This document shows, piece by piece, positions 14,485 to 22,745 of a stretch of DNA of 47,935 nucleotides. A program made the position numbers and the translations under genes. The stretch is taken from positions 5,506-53,440 of the forward strand of contig PYJE01000120.1 in NCBI GenBank assembly GCA_003635305.1. Reading direction: 5' to 3'. Under the pieces are notes generated by a model. It worked only from the letters and a program-made list of their open reading frames with translations, was not told the origin of the DNA and searched no databases. Positions within the stretch are counted from its first letter, which is position 1, and each line of letters begins with the position of its first letter. Source of the stretch: Candidatus Poribacteria bacterium. Lineage in GTDB: Bacteria > Poribacteria > WGA-4E > WGA-3G.

Positions 14485-16398
14485 ATGGAAAGAAAAAACG
14501 TCAGCGCGCGTGCGGTGCTCATCGCACTCCTCTTTACTATCCCTAATTCCTACTGGCTCATGATTAACTGGGGTTCTTCCGGTTACAGCACAGGACAGAG
14601 TTTCCCTACTGTCTCCACGGTCTACTTTAACGTCATCTTTATTGTGCTGCTCCTGATGGGGTTCAACCCGCTCATTCGTGTTTTCCGAAAAAGCGCGTCC
14701 CTCAGCGATGGGGAATTAATGGTAGTCTATCTGCTTTTATCCATCGCCTCCTCCATCGCTGGGCACGATACACTCCAAATTTTGTGGCCTCTCCTGACGT
14801 ATCCGATCTGGTTTGCAAGTCCCGAAAATGAGTGGGGAGAAGTGTTTCAACAGCATATCCCTGAGTGGCTCTCTATCAAAGAACGGAGTGCGCTGGCGGC
14901 GTTCTACCAAGGCGACTCCACACTCCACACCGCGCAACACCTGCAACTCTGGATGACACCGGTGCTGTGGTGGAGTGCTCTCGTTATCGTGCTGACGTGC
15001 ATGATGCTCTGTATCACGCTGCTCATCCGACACCAGTGGGTAACGCACGAGAAGTTGAGTTATCCCGTTATCCAGATTCCGCTGCATCTCACCGAAAACG
15101 GCGGACGTGTGCTTTTGACAAATCGGCTGTTTCTGCTCGGTGCTGTGCTGGCAGGCGGGATGAATTTGCTCAACGGGCTTCACTTTCTTTTCCCTGTCGT
15201 GCCGGGGTTAGGCGGTAGCCTATACAATCTCGGACAGTATTTCCAGACGAAACCGCTCAACGCCATCGGCAGGCTTCCCATCGCAGTCTATCCGTTTGCG
15301 ATAGGCATGAGTTTTTTCATACCGTTGGAGCTCTCGTTTTCGATTTGGTTTTTCTATCTGTTCCATAAACTGACGCGCGTCTGGGGCACGATGGCGGGCA
15401 TTGGGCATCTGCCGGGGTTCCCGTTCCTCGATGCGCAGTCGTTCGGGGCGTGGTTCTGCCTGGGTGTTTCGGCAATCTGGCTCACTCGCAAATCCATCGC
15501 ACGGCAGTTGAAGATGGCCTTCCAAAGTTCGGCGGATGGGAACTCTGCCGAACGCGCACGCATCCGATACGCCATCATCGGGTTGATAGGAGGTAGCATT
15601 TTTATCCTCCTCTTCTTCAAAAGCACTGGCACGCCAATTTTCAGCATATTTGGCTATTTCACGCTCTTCTTCGCGTTAGCCATTGCGATTACGCGTATCC
15701 GCGCGGAAGTCGGGCCACCGGCGCACGATGTGCCCTGGAGACCTGATAAAGTGCTTGTCTCTTTCATTGGCACGCGCCGCATCGGTGCGGAGGGGTTGAC
15801 GACGTTCAGCATGTTTCACGGGTTCAACCGCTCCTATCGTTCACATCCGATGCCGATTATATTGGAGGGTTTCAAGGTTGCACAGGTGCGCGGGTTATCT
15901 CACAACCGCTTTATTACGGCTGTGATTTTGGTGACTATCGTTGGAACGATTTCCTCGGCGTGGGCATATTACGCGCAAGGATATCATTACGGCGGTGCAG
16001 TCTACGGTGAACAAGCGCAGTGCCGCTGGACTTACGAGCAGTTGAAGCAGTGGCTGATTAACCCGCAATCCATTGATGTCGGCGCGGTTTCTGCATCCGG
16101 TGGCGCGATTGCACTCACAACCCTTTTGATGATGTTGCGCCGGCGGTTTATTTGGTGGCCGTTTCACCCGGCGGGCTACGCGCTGTCGCTCAGTTTTTGG
16201 AATACGAGTTGGTATTGGTTCTCGATTTTCTTGTCTTGGGGGATAAAAGCTATTCTGTTTCAGGCGGGTGGATTGCGCACATATCGGCGCGCGATGCCGT
16301 TTTTCATCGGACTCGTCATCGGTGAATTTATTGTGGGCGCGATTTGGACGCTCCTCGGGATTGCACTGGAGCGGCCGATGTATCGGTTTATGTTCTAA
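14485..16398 (+). CDS. Large polytopic inner-membrane protein of unknown function (about 637 aa, 12 or more hydrophobic segments)
   Basis: I trimmed ORF 14449..16398 to the ATG at 14485. Hydrophobic helices run throughout. I recognise no catalytic motif. Confidence 0.7.
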   Translation: MERKNVSARAVLIALLFTIPNSYWLMINWGSSGYSTGQSFPTVSTVYFNVIFIVLLLMGFNPLIRVFRKSASLSDGELMVVYLLLSIASSIAGHDTLQILWPLLTYPIWFASPENEWGEVFQQHIPEWLSIKERSALAAFYQGDSTLHTAQHLQLWMTPVLWWSALVIVLTCMMLCITLLIRHQWVTHEKLSYPVIQIPLHLTENGGRVLLTNRLFLLGAVLAGGMNLLNGLHFLFPVVPGLGGSLYNLGQYFQTKPLNAIGRLPIAVYPFAIGMSFFIPLELSFSIWFFYLFHKLTRVWGTMAGIGHLPGFPFLDAQSFGAWFCLGVSAIWLTRKSIARQLKMAFQSSADGNSAERARIRYAIIGLIGGSIFILLFFKSTGTPIFSIFGYFTLFFALAIAITRIRAEVGPPAHDVPWRPDKVLVSFIGTRRIGAEGLTTFSMFHGFNRSYRSHPMPIILEGFKVAQVRGLSHNRFITAVILVTIVGTISSAWAYYAQGYHYGGAVYGEQAQCRWTYEQLKQWLINPQSIDVGAVSASGGAIALTTLLMMLRRRFIWWPFHPAGYALSLSFWNTSWYWFSIFLSWGIKAILFQAGGLRTYRRAMPFFIGLVIGEFIVGAIWTLLGIALERPMYRFMF

Positions 16399-16423
16399 GG
16401 GCGGAGAGAAACATCCGCCCTTA
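16396..16423 (+). terminator. Hairpin TAAGGGCGGA-loop-TCCGCCCTTA that incorporates the stop codon (GGGCGGA hairpin family)
   Basis: Direct reading. There is no T-tract. Confidence 0.4.
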
Positions 16424-16465
16424 CGAAACTATGGATGCTGCGCCAATAACCGTATTGGAAACCTA

Positions 16466-16487
16466 GCGCGGGGGCCTGTCCCCCGCG
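16466..16487. repeat. Single family-A (G-variant) REP unit GCGCGGGGGCCTGTCCCCCGCG
   Basis: Direct reading. Confidence 0.7.
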
Positions 16488-16568
16488 AACGTCACGCCGA
16501 AGGACAGGTTCTCCCCACACTACAGTTCTGTAGGTTGCGCTTGCCCCATCGCAACGCTTAGGAAATCA

Positions 16569-17840
16569 CTAGATTGCGAAGGTTTTCTCATCGTCAATCA
16601 CCGCGAATTCAAACCACGTCGTGGCATCCGTGTGCCCGAGCATTTTCTTGACAAATGCCCACTCCCTTTCCGAACGCGGTCCCGCTTGCAGCAGCCGTTC
16701 GTTATGTGCGGCGATGTCTGCCGGGTCCTTCGGATAGTTCTCTCGCAACCACGCGTTGACATCGGCATCGGTAGGCAGCGTTTTGAGTGCCGCCGCGAAT
16801 GCGTCAGGCGTGAGGCCAAGGAATTCCAGTGCAATCCTGTCCATCCTAGAATCTTCGCCGTAATAGTAAAGTCCCAGCGAGTCTGAGTTCACTGCGCGCC
16901 CTTTGTCCACCATCCGTGCGACGTGAACGATGCCGCAGATATCGGTGTTCAAGGGGCTGCGCGGCGCGTGGCGTTCCAGATCGACGATGCCGAAGCTGCG
17001 TTCGTCGTCAACGTCTTGAAGCGCGACCCAGGTGGTAATCTCCGCTGGGCTCACGCCGACTTCGCGGCATCGCGATTCAAACCGTTCGCGCGTCTCATCG
17101 TTAGGCGCGTAGTTGACTAACGTGTGGTTGAACGCGTCGATTTCCGCTGCCGATTTTCCGCTGTTTTCCAGAACCCATTCGCCGAGCTCAAGGTTATTCG
17201 GGTTGTTAACGGCGGCTTCCTGAAAGTTATCGGCAGTGATGCCGAGGAACGTCAAGATGCGGACATCTTGTCCGGAGACTTCGCCGAAGAGATAGTCGCC
17301 GATTTTGCCGGCGCGTTCGGCGCGTGCCTTGTCTGCCATGCGTGCGACACCACAGATGCTGCCGACATCCTTCGCCCGCGCACTACGTGGGGGCCGCGCC
17401 TCGAGGTCTGCCTGCCAGAAGCTGCCCCAATCGTCTAATTCCATGGATTGGAGCAGCGTCTTAATATCGGTGCGCCCCGGTGCAAACCGAGCGATGCGTT
17501 GCTGCAACCGCTGTTTGTGCCCATCGGTATCCGGCATGTGAGTGAGCCGCTCTTCGTTGAACGCCGCAATCTCCGCCGCTGTCTTACCACTCGTCTCCAG
17601 CACCCAGTTGCTGAGGGCCGCATCGTCGTCGTGTTCTTTGACGGCTTCCGCGAATTCATCAGCAGAGATGCCGAGGAAGGCGAGCACGCGCTGATCCAAG
17701 CCAGATGTCTCTCCGTAGATATAGTCGCCGAGGGTTTCCTCGTTCGCGGCGCGTGCCTTATCCGTCATTCGTGCCGCGCCGACAATGCCAGCAATGCCGA
17801 GGTTCGTTGGGCGGCGTGGGGGTTGACGTGTCAAATTCAT
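16569..17840 (-). CDS. Protein made of three tandem DUF5069-like modules
   Basis: 423 aa. A ~140-aa unit repeats three times with the pattern P(R)xP...G(I/V)xxxARMxDKxRA...GxYxYGExSxxDxxxLxFLGIxxDxFxEA...WVLExSGKxAAEIxAFN. The match to DUF5069 is from memory of the family signature. Confidence 0.6.
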   Translation of the reverse strand: MNLTRQPPRRPTNLGIAGIVGAARMTDKARAANEETLGDYIYGETSGLDQRVLAFLGISADEFAEAVKEHDDDAALSNWVLETSGKTAAEIAAFNEERLTHMPDTDGHKQRLQQRIARFAPGRTDIKTLLQSMELDDWGSFWQADLEARPPRSARAKDVGSICGVARMADKARAERAGKIGDYLFGEVSGQDVRILTFLGITADNFQEAAVNNPNNLELGEWVLENSGKSAAEIDAFNHTLVNYAPNDETRERFESRCREVGVSPAEITTWVALQDVDDERSFGIVDLERHAPRSPLNTDICGIVHVARMVDKGRAVNSDSLGLYYYGEDSRMDRIALEFLGLTPDAFAAALKTLPTDADVNAWLRENYPKDPADIAAHNERLLQAGPRSEREWAFVKKMLGHTDATTWFEFAVIDDEKTFAI

Positions 17841-17888
17841 GATTCATTCCTTCCGCGTTGCAAATTCAACGCGAATTATGGTATCCTA

Positions 17889-17922
17889 TTTTTTGTGGAT
17901 ATGATATCATATTCACAAAAAA
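17889..17922. promoter_or_regulatory. 34-bp near-perfect palindrome TTTTTTGTGGATATGATATCATATTCACAAAAAA in a divergent promoter region
   Basis: 32 of 34 positions are symmetric. The single mismatched pair would be a G-U pair in RNA. It lies 49 nt upstream of the DUF5069 gene start (17840, minus strand) and 128 nt upstream of the coiled-coil gene start (18050, plus strand). Confidence 0.5.
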
Positions 17923-18049
17923 TGTCAAGAGCGAAGTATACTATGCAGGACAATTCAATTCTCAGACTGCAAGTCCCGATTTCTGTATCTGTCCACCGTT
18001 GGGGGAAATCGGAAAAGATTACCGTTTGTATCAAAAGGAGGAACCGAAC

Positions 18050-18526
18050 ATGAAAGTCATTGTTGTTTTGCTCGTGACGCTGGCGCTCGCACAGGGCCCT
18101 GCGTTCGGCGAGCTCTCCGATTCGGATGTGACAAGGATGGAACAAATGATGAACGCCGCCCTGGCACCGGTGATAGCGGAGCTCAACGAACTGAAGGCCG
18201 AGCTCCAAGCGGTGAAAACGGAACTCGCCGCTTTAAAAAACGACGTAAGCGAATTGAAAGGCGAGGTTCGTCAACAGGGAAATCGAATCACCTCCCTGGA
18301 ATCGCGAATGAATTCGCAGACGAACGCCTTACTGCTTGTGGCAGGGTTGCTGGTGACGGTGCTACTGTGGATGCTCAAGCAACAGTGGGATGCGCGTCGC
18401 GAAGATAACAAAACGATTACGTCGCAGCAAGAGACGATTGTGGCACTGCAAGCGGAGATTGAACGGCTCAAATTGGGCATTGTCACAGGGCAAGGTAAAC
18501 CGGCTACGGACAACGTGGCATCGTAA
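18050..18526 (+). CDS. Small membrane-anchored coiled-coil protein (signal peptide, coiled coil, one TM helix, coiled-coil tail)
   Basis: I trimmed ORF 17858..18526 to the ATG at 18050, which is preceded by AAGGAGG. The N-terminus is MKVIVVLLVTLALAQGPAFG. Heptad-rich stretches include LNELKAELQAVKTELAALKNDVSELKGEV. The TM helix is LLLVAGLLVTVLLWML and the tail contains QQETIVALQAEIERLK. Confidence 0.7.
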   Translation: MKVIVVLLVTLALAQGPAFGELSDSDVTRMEQMMNAALAPVIAELNELKAELQAVKTELAALKNDVSELKGEVRQQGNRITSLESRMNSQTNALLLVAGLLVTVLLWMLKQQWDARREDNKTITSQQETIVALQAEIERLKLGIVTGQGKPATDNVAS

Positions 18527-18540
18527 CCTCATGAGGATTG

Positions 18541-18566
18541 TAAGGGCGGATGGCGATAGCCGCCCG
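18541..18566 (+). terminator. Hairpin GGGCGG-loop-CCGCCC downstream of the coiled-coil gene (GGGCGGA hairpin family)
   Basis: Direct reading. There is no T-tract. Confidence 0.35.
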
Positions 18567-18641
18567 TGCAATCCAAACCAAATAAATAGGCACGAAAACC
18601 GGGCCTAACGATAAACTCCATCTTTATAGAGGCACACCACC

Positions 18642-19124
18642 ATGAAATTAGGAATCCTCTTTATCCTCGTGCTCTCGCTTTTTCACACAGCGGCGTTTGG
18701 GGATATGAGCGTAACAGATTTGGAGAAAATCCGCGACATTACCAAAGAGTCCGAGACGCGGGTGCGCACGGAACTCACCGCTGTCGAAAAGCGACTGAAA
18801 GAGGAAATCGTCGCATCGGAAGAACGGAGCAAGGAGTTCACCTCCCACGAAACCGCGAAAGTCGGTATTAGTGTCAACGCCGTCAAAGAGCAACTCAATT
18901 GGAATTTCCTATTAGTGTTGGCACTGATAGGATTGTTCGGCGTTATCCTCGGTCGGCCGTATCTACAGCAGCGGAAAAACGAACGCGAGCAGGCGGAGAA
19001 AATTGCGGCGCAGCAACGCGAAATCGAGGAACTGCAAAAAGCGAAAATTGCACAGCAACGCCAACTTGAAGCAATGCAAAAGGAATTGGAGGCTCTCAAA
19101 CAGAACCAAAAGCCGAGTGCCTAA
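18642..19124 (+). CDS. Small membrane-anchored coiled-coil protein, clear paralog of 5291..5836
   Basis: It shares MKLG..., AFG, HETAKV, NFLLVLALIGLFGVILGRPY and EKIAAQQREIEEL with the 5291..5836 product. Confidence 0.75.
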   Translation: MKLGILFILVLSLFHTAAFGDMSVTDLEKIRDITKESETRVRTELTAVEKRLKEEIVASEERSKEFTSHETAKVGISVNAVKEQLNWNFLLVLALIGLFGVILGRPYLQQRKNEREQAEKIAAQQREIEELQKAKIAQQRQLEAMQKELEALKQNQKPSA

Positions 19125-19250
19125 CACCAAACTCCCGGCTGTAGGTGGAGAGCCCCTGTAGTTCTGGCATACGGACAAACGAGTTTGACCTGTTCGGATT
19201 CGGGCATTCCCGAACGACTCAGATTCATTCGGGATAATCACGGACAAACT

Positions 19251-20855
19251 ATGGAACGCAACACCCTCTATTACGGCGATTGCCTTGAAGTCATGCGCCC
19301 CTGGCACGACAACTCCATTGACATCATCTGTCTCGATCCGCCGTTTAACTCCAATGAACGCTACAGTTCGCCTTTTAAAAAGAGCGGGTTGAACATTGAC
19401 GCACAAATCAAGGCGTTTGACGATATGTGGCGGTGGGATGAAGCCGCCGCTGAACGCGTCGCCCGACTCACATCGGCACTTGCGAATCCGATTTCTCCTG
19501 TCATCGCGGGGTTTGAGTTGTTTATTCCAAACAGCAAGATGCTCGCCTATACCAGTTATATGGCGGAGCGGTTGATGGAGATGCATCGCCTACTGAAGCC
19601 AACCGGTGCTATTTACCTCCACTGCGATGCGACTGCATCGCATTATCTCAAACTCCTGATGGATGTTATCTTTGGCGAGGCAAACTTCAGGAATGAGATT
19701 ATCTGGCACCGCACCGGCGGTGGTGGAAAAGGAAGTCAGCACAAACCGAAGAAATTCGGGGCAAGCACTGATACTATCTTCTTTTACGCGATGCCCAAAC
19801 ACGAATTTAACGGCAGTTATGAACCAGACCCGGATGCCGAGAGACGCTACCCGAAAGTTGACGAACAAGGGAGACGTTTTGCCTTAACCTCACTTTGGTG
19901 TCGCCCCGCCCACGATGCGCGGCCGAATCTCTGTTACGAATGGCGGGGGTATAAGAACCCATATCCGAGCGGTTGGATGACAACGAAGGAAAACGTTGAA
20001 CGACTTTTCCAAGAAGGGCGCGTCTATTTTAGCAAAACGGGGACACCCTACCGGATTCGCTACATAGAAGAAGACAAGGGGAAACAGGTTGATAACCTGT
20101 GGGCAGATATTTCTCCTTGCCGCGGTAAAGAATTCCTCGGCTACCCGACGCAGAAACCGCTGGCACTGTTGGAGCGCATCATCAAAGCCTCTTCCAAACC
20201 CGGAGAACTCGTCCTCGATCCTTTTTGTGGCTGCGGTACCACCATTGAAGCCGCACGCACTCTCGGCCGCGATGTCATCGGCATTGACGTGTTGCCCAGC
20301 GCGTTAGATATTATCAACACCGAACGCCTCACGCAGAACAAAGGCATCGCACCCCTGAAAATCACCGGCACCCCCACAGACCTGGCGAGTGCAAAACGCC
20401 TTGCCCTGGAGAGTCGCTATAAGTTCCAAGACTGGGCGATTTCGCTCATCAAAGGCTTCGCATCCAATGCCAAGAAATCCGGCGATGGCGGCATCGATGG
20501 ATTCGGCTTGCTGACGCACGCCCCGGACAATTTCGCCTCGCGCGCCATTGTCATTCAGGTGAAGAGTGGGCGCGTTGGCCCAAACGATGTTCCGAGTTTC
20601 ATTTATACGATGGACAAGGTGAACGCGGCGATGGGTATATTCATCACGATGACACCGCATCGTTCACCGAAGGATCTGCGCGAAGCGGCATCGCTTACAC
20701 CACTCCACATGGGGGTGAGTGCCTATCCACGGTTGCAGTTTTTCTCGGTGGCGGAGTATTATGAAAACAGCGCGCAACTGCAGCTGCCGGCGTTGTCTAA
20801 CCCGTGGACAGGGAAACCGATGCAGGGCTCATTGTTTGATAAATTAGGTAAGTGA
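19251..20855 (+). CDS. Beta-class N4/N6 DNA methyltransferase fused to a C-terminal Mrr-like (PD-(D/E)xK) restriction-endonuclease domain
   Basis: I trimmed ORF 19185..20855 to the ATG at 19251. Motif IV is DIICLDPPFNSN near the N-terminus. Motif I is LVLDPFCGCGTTIEAARTLGRDVIGID later in the sequence. The order IV before I indicates the beta class. The C-terminal ~150 aa contain GDGGIDGFGLL...IVIQVKSG, typical of the Mrr catalytic domain. Confidence 0.8.
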   Translation: MERNTLYYGDCLEVMRPWHDNSIDIICLDPPFNSNERYSSPFKKSGLNIDAQIKAFDDMWRWDEAAAERVARLTSALANPISPVIAGFELFIPNSKMLAYTSYMAERLMEMHRLLKPTGAIYLHCDATASHYLKLLMDVIFGEANFRNEIIWHRTGGGGKGSQHKPKKFGASTDTIFFYAMPKHEFNGSYEPDPDAERRYPKVDEQGRRFALTSLWCRPAHDARPNLCYEWRGYKNPYPSGWMTTKENVERLFQEGRVYFSKTGTPYRIRYIEEDKGKQVDNLWADISPCRGKEFLGYPTQKPLALLERIIKASSKPGELVLDPFCGCGTTIEAARTLGRDVIGIDVLPSALDIINTERLTQNKGIAPLKITGTPTDLASAKRLALESRYKFQDWAISLIKGFASNAKKSGDGGIDGFGLLTHAPDNFASRAIVIQVKSGRVGPNDVPSFIYTMDKVNAAMGIFITMTPHRSPKDLREAASLTPLHMGVSAYPRLQFFSVAEYYENSAQLQLPALSNPWTGKPMQGSLFDKLGK

Positions 20856-20861
20856 TAAGCC

Positions 20862-21009
20862 TAGCGAGGGACAGGCCCTCGCCCTACGGTACAGGAGTAG
20901 ATGGTGCCGAGGGCCGCATCGCGGGGGCCTGTCCTCCGCGAACTGCCGAACTAGCCGCGGCACGTTCATTGCAATGCTGCCACGGCGAGGGACAGGCCTC
21001 GCCCTACGG
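20862..21009. repeat. Three family-A REP units (about 20862-20889, 20921-20939 and 20984-21009)
   Basis: Direct reading. Confidence 0.8.
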
Positions 21010-21044
21010 GAGAAGAGGCGTTTTTTCATTAGAGGGCGTGTAAC

Positions 21045-22697
21045 ATGCGCAAACTTGTTCTCATCATTTCCATACTCGGCGTGCTGCTGTCGGTGCTTTT
21101 AAGCGGCATCTATTTTCATTTCTCCTATTTTGAGCCGGACACCGTCTCCTATCTGTTTCAGGCGAAGTTATTCGCGGAAGGGAAACTTTCGGTGCCGGCA
21201 CCGCCGGAACACGGCTTCTCGTCATCGCCGCACATTAACATTCTGAACGGCAAGTGGTATTCAAAATATCCGTTTGGCAATGCGCTGATGTTGACATTCG
21301 GCGTGCTGATAAACGCGCCGTGGCTGATTCCCGCGCTGGCGACAGGAGGCGCGTTGTTTTTGTTGTATCTCCTTGTGAGAGAGATGGACGGGAACTCAGT
21401 TGCACTTATCGCCGTGGTGCTCGGGCTCATCTCGCCTGCAACGCTAGGGATGGGCGCGACGTGGTTTAGTGAGCCGGTGAGCCGTTTTTTCCTCGCGCTT
21501 TATCTGTTTGCGTTGATTAAGACGTTGAACGGAGTGCGCCTATCGGGGTTTAAAACCGGTATTGGATATCCGCTGTTGTCGGGGTTTGCTTTGGGATACG
21601 CGTTTAATACGCGGCCTCTCTCGGCGGTGGTGTTCGGCGTGGTGGGAGCAGGGCTGGCACTCTATCAACTTGTAAAAGCGCGCACGGAAGCACAAAGATT
21701 TCGCCCTTTAATCACACGACTCGGCGTTTTCCTGATGCCCTTTTTCATCATGGTAGGTGTGTGCATGGCGTGGAATGCGCATTTCACCGGCGACGCGTTC
21801 ATGTTTACGCACACCGTGGCGCAACCGAGCGACAAAATCGGGTTCGGCAAGCGGACGGAAGGGTATGAACCGAACCTTGAAAACGCTTTCAATTTCACGC
21901 CAGCATGGGCAATTGAGCGGACATGGAAACACATCCTGCCGTGCATCAGTTTCAACGCGCTCGGTTGGGGTGGGTATCACCACCGGTTGCTGACAGGCGA
22001 ATCGGGATACTCATTCTTCGGTTTCATTATCGCGTTCGTGCCGTTGCTGTTCCCGTGGTGTCTCGCGTTGCTGCCCTTCTTCAGCAACGGGAAAAGACGT
22101 TCCGATTTTACAGAAGAAAGGATATTGCGTAACCGATACAATTGGCTCTGTCTCGCGCTCATCGTTGGGAACCTGTTGCTTTACGCCTTCTTCTATTTTG
22201 AGGGTTCAACGTGGGGTTTCACGCCTGTCAATGCGCGCTATTACACCGAAACCACACTGCTCGCCTTCATTCCGTTGGTGGCGCGCGGGATGTTCATCGT
22301 CTACGAAAACATCAGACAGAGGAAGCCGCTGATTGTCGCGGCGAGTGTCGTGCTTATCTTGCTTAGCGTCAACACGGTGTGGAGTTATGTCCGCATCGGG
22401 CGCGTGTATCAGAATTGGAGTCCTGTCTATCAAAAACTGCCGCCGATGGTAGCCGAACGCGACATCCACAACGCCGTTATTTTCGTTGCAGAACACCGCG
22501 GCGCGCCAATCGGTGACTATCCGTTTCAGAACCTGCAAGAGGCGGACATCGTCTATTTTAAACTGGGGCCCGCCCCTCGCTGGAAGTTGACGAACAGCGA
22601 TTGGCAGCAGGTTTACGCGCAGTATTTCACGGGCAGGGCGGCGTATCTGTATGTGCAGCGTGAAAACAGCCTCACGCGTTTATCGCCGGATTTGTAA
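21045..22697 (+). CDS. Polytopic membrane protein, probably a GT39/ArnT-like (GT-C fold) glycosyltransferase
   Basis: 550 aa with many TM helices. The N-terminal segment HFSYFEPDTVSYLFQAKLFAEG, followed by multiple helices and a soluble C-terminal domain, resembles PMT/ArnT-type enzymes. The assignment is tentative. Confidence 0.5.
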   Translation: MRKLVLIISILGVLLSVLLSGIYFHFSYFEPDTVSYLFQAKLFAEGKLSVPAPPEHGFSSSPHINILNGKWYSKYPFGNALMLTFGVLINAPWLIPALATGGALFLLYLLVREMDGNSVALIAVVLGLISPATLGMGATWFSEPVSRFFLALYLFALIKTLNGVRLSGFKTGIGYPLLSGFALGYAFNTRPLSAVVFGVVGAGLALYQLVKARTEAQRFRPLITRLGVFLMPFFIMVGVCMAWNAHFTGDAFMFTHTVAQPSDKIGFGKRTEGYEPNLENAFNFTPAWAIERTWKHILPCISFNALGWGGYHHRLLTGESGYSFFGFIIAFVPLLFPWCLALLPFFSNGKRRSDFTEERILRNRYNWLCLALIVGNLLLYAFFYFEGSTWGFTPVNARYYTETTLLAFIPLVARGMFIVYENIRQRKPLIVAASVVLILLSVNTVWSYVRIGRVYQNWSPVYQKLPPMVAERDIHNAVIFVAEHRGAPIGDYPFQNLQEADIVYFKLGPAPRWKLTNSDWQQVYAQYFTGRAAYLYVQRENSLTRLSPDL

Positions 22698-22745
22698 CAG
22701 AGTCACCAAAGGTTCATTAGGAGCTAACAAAGGAAGGAGAACCTG

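Noticed and set aside
18963-19586. 207-aa minus-strand ORF bridging the coiled-coil gene and the methyltransferase gene
   Set aside because: It overlaps two supported plus-strand genes and has no recognisable motifs or RBS.
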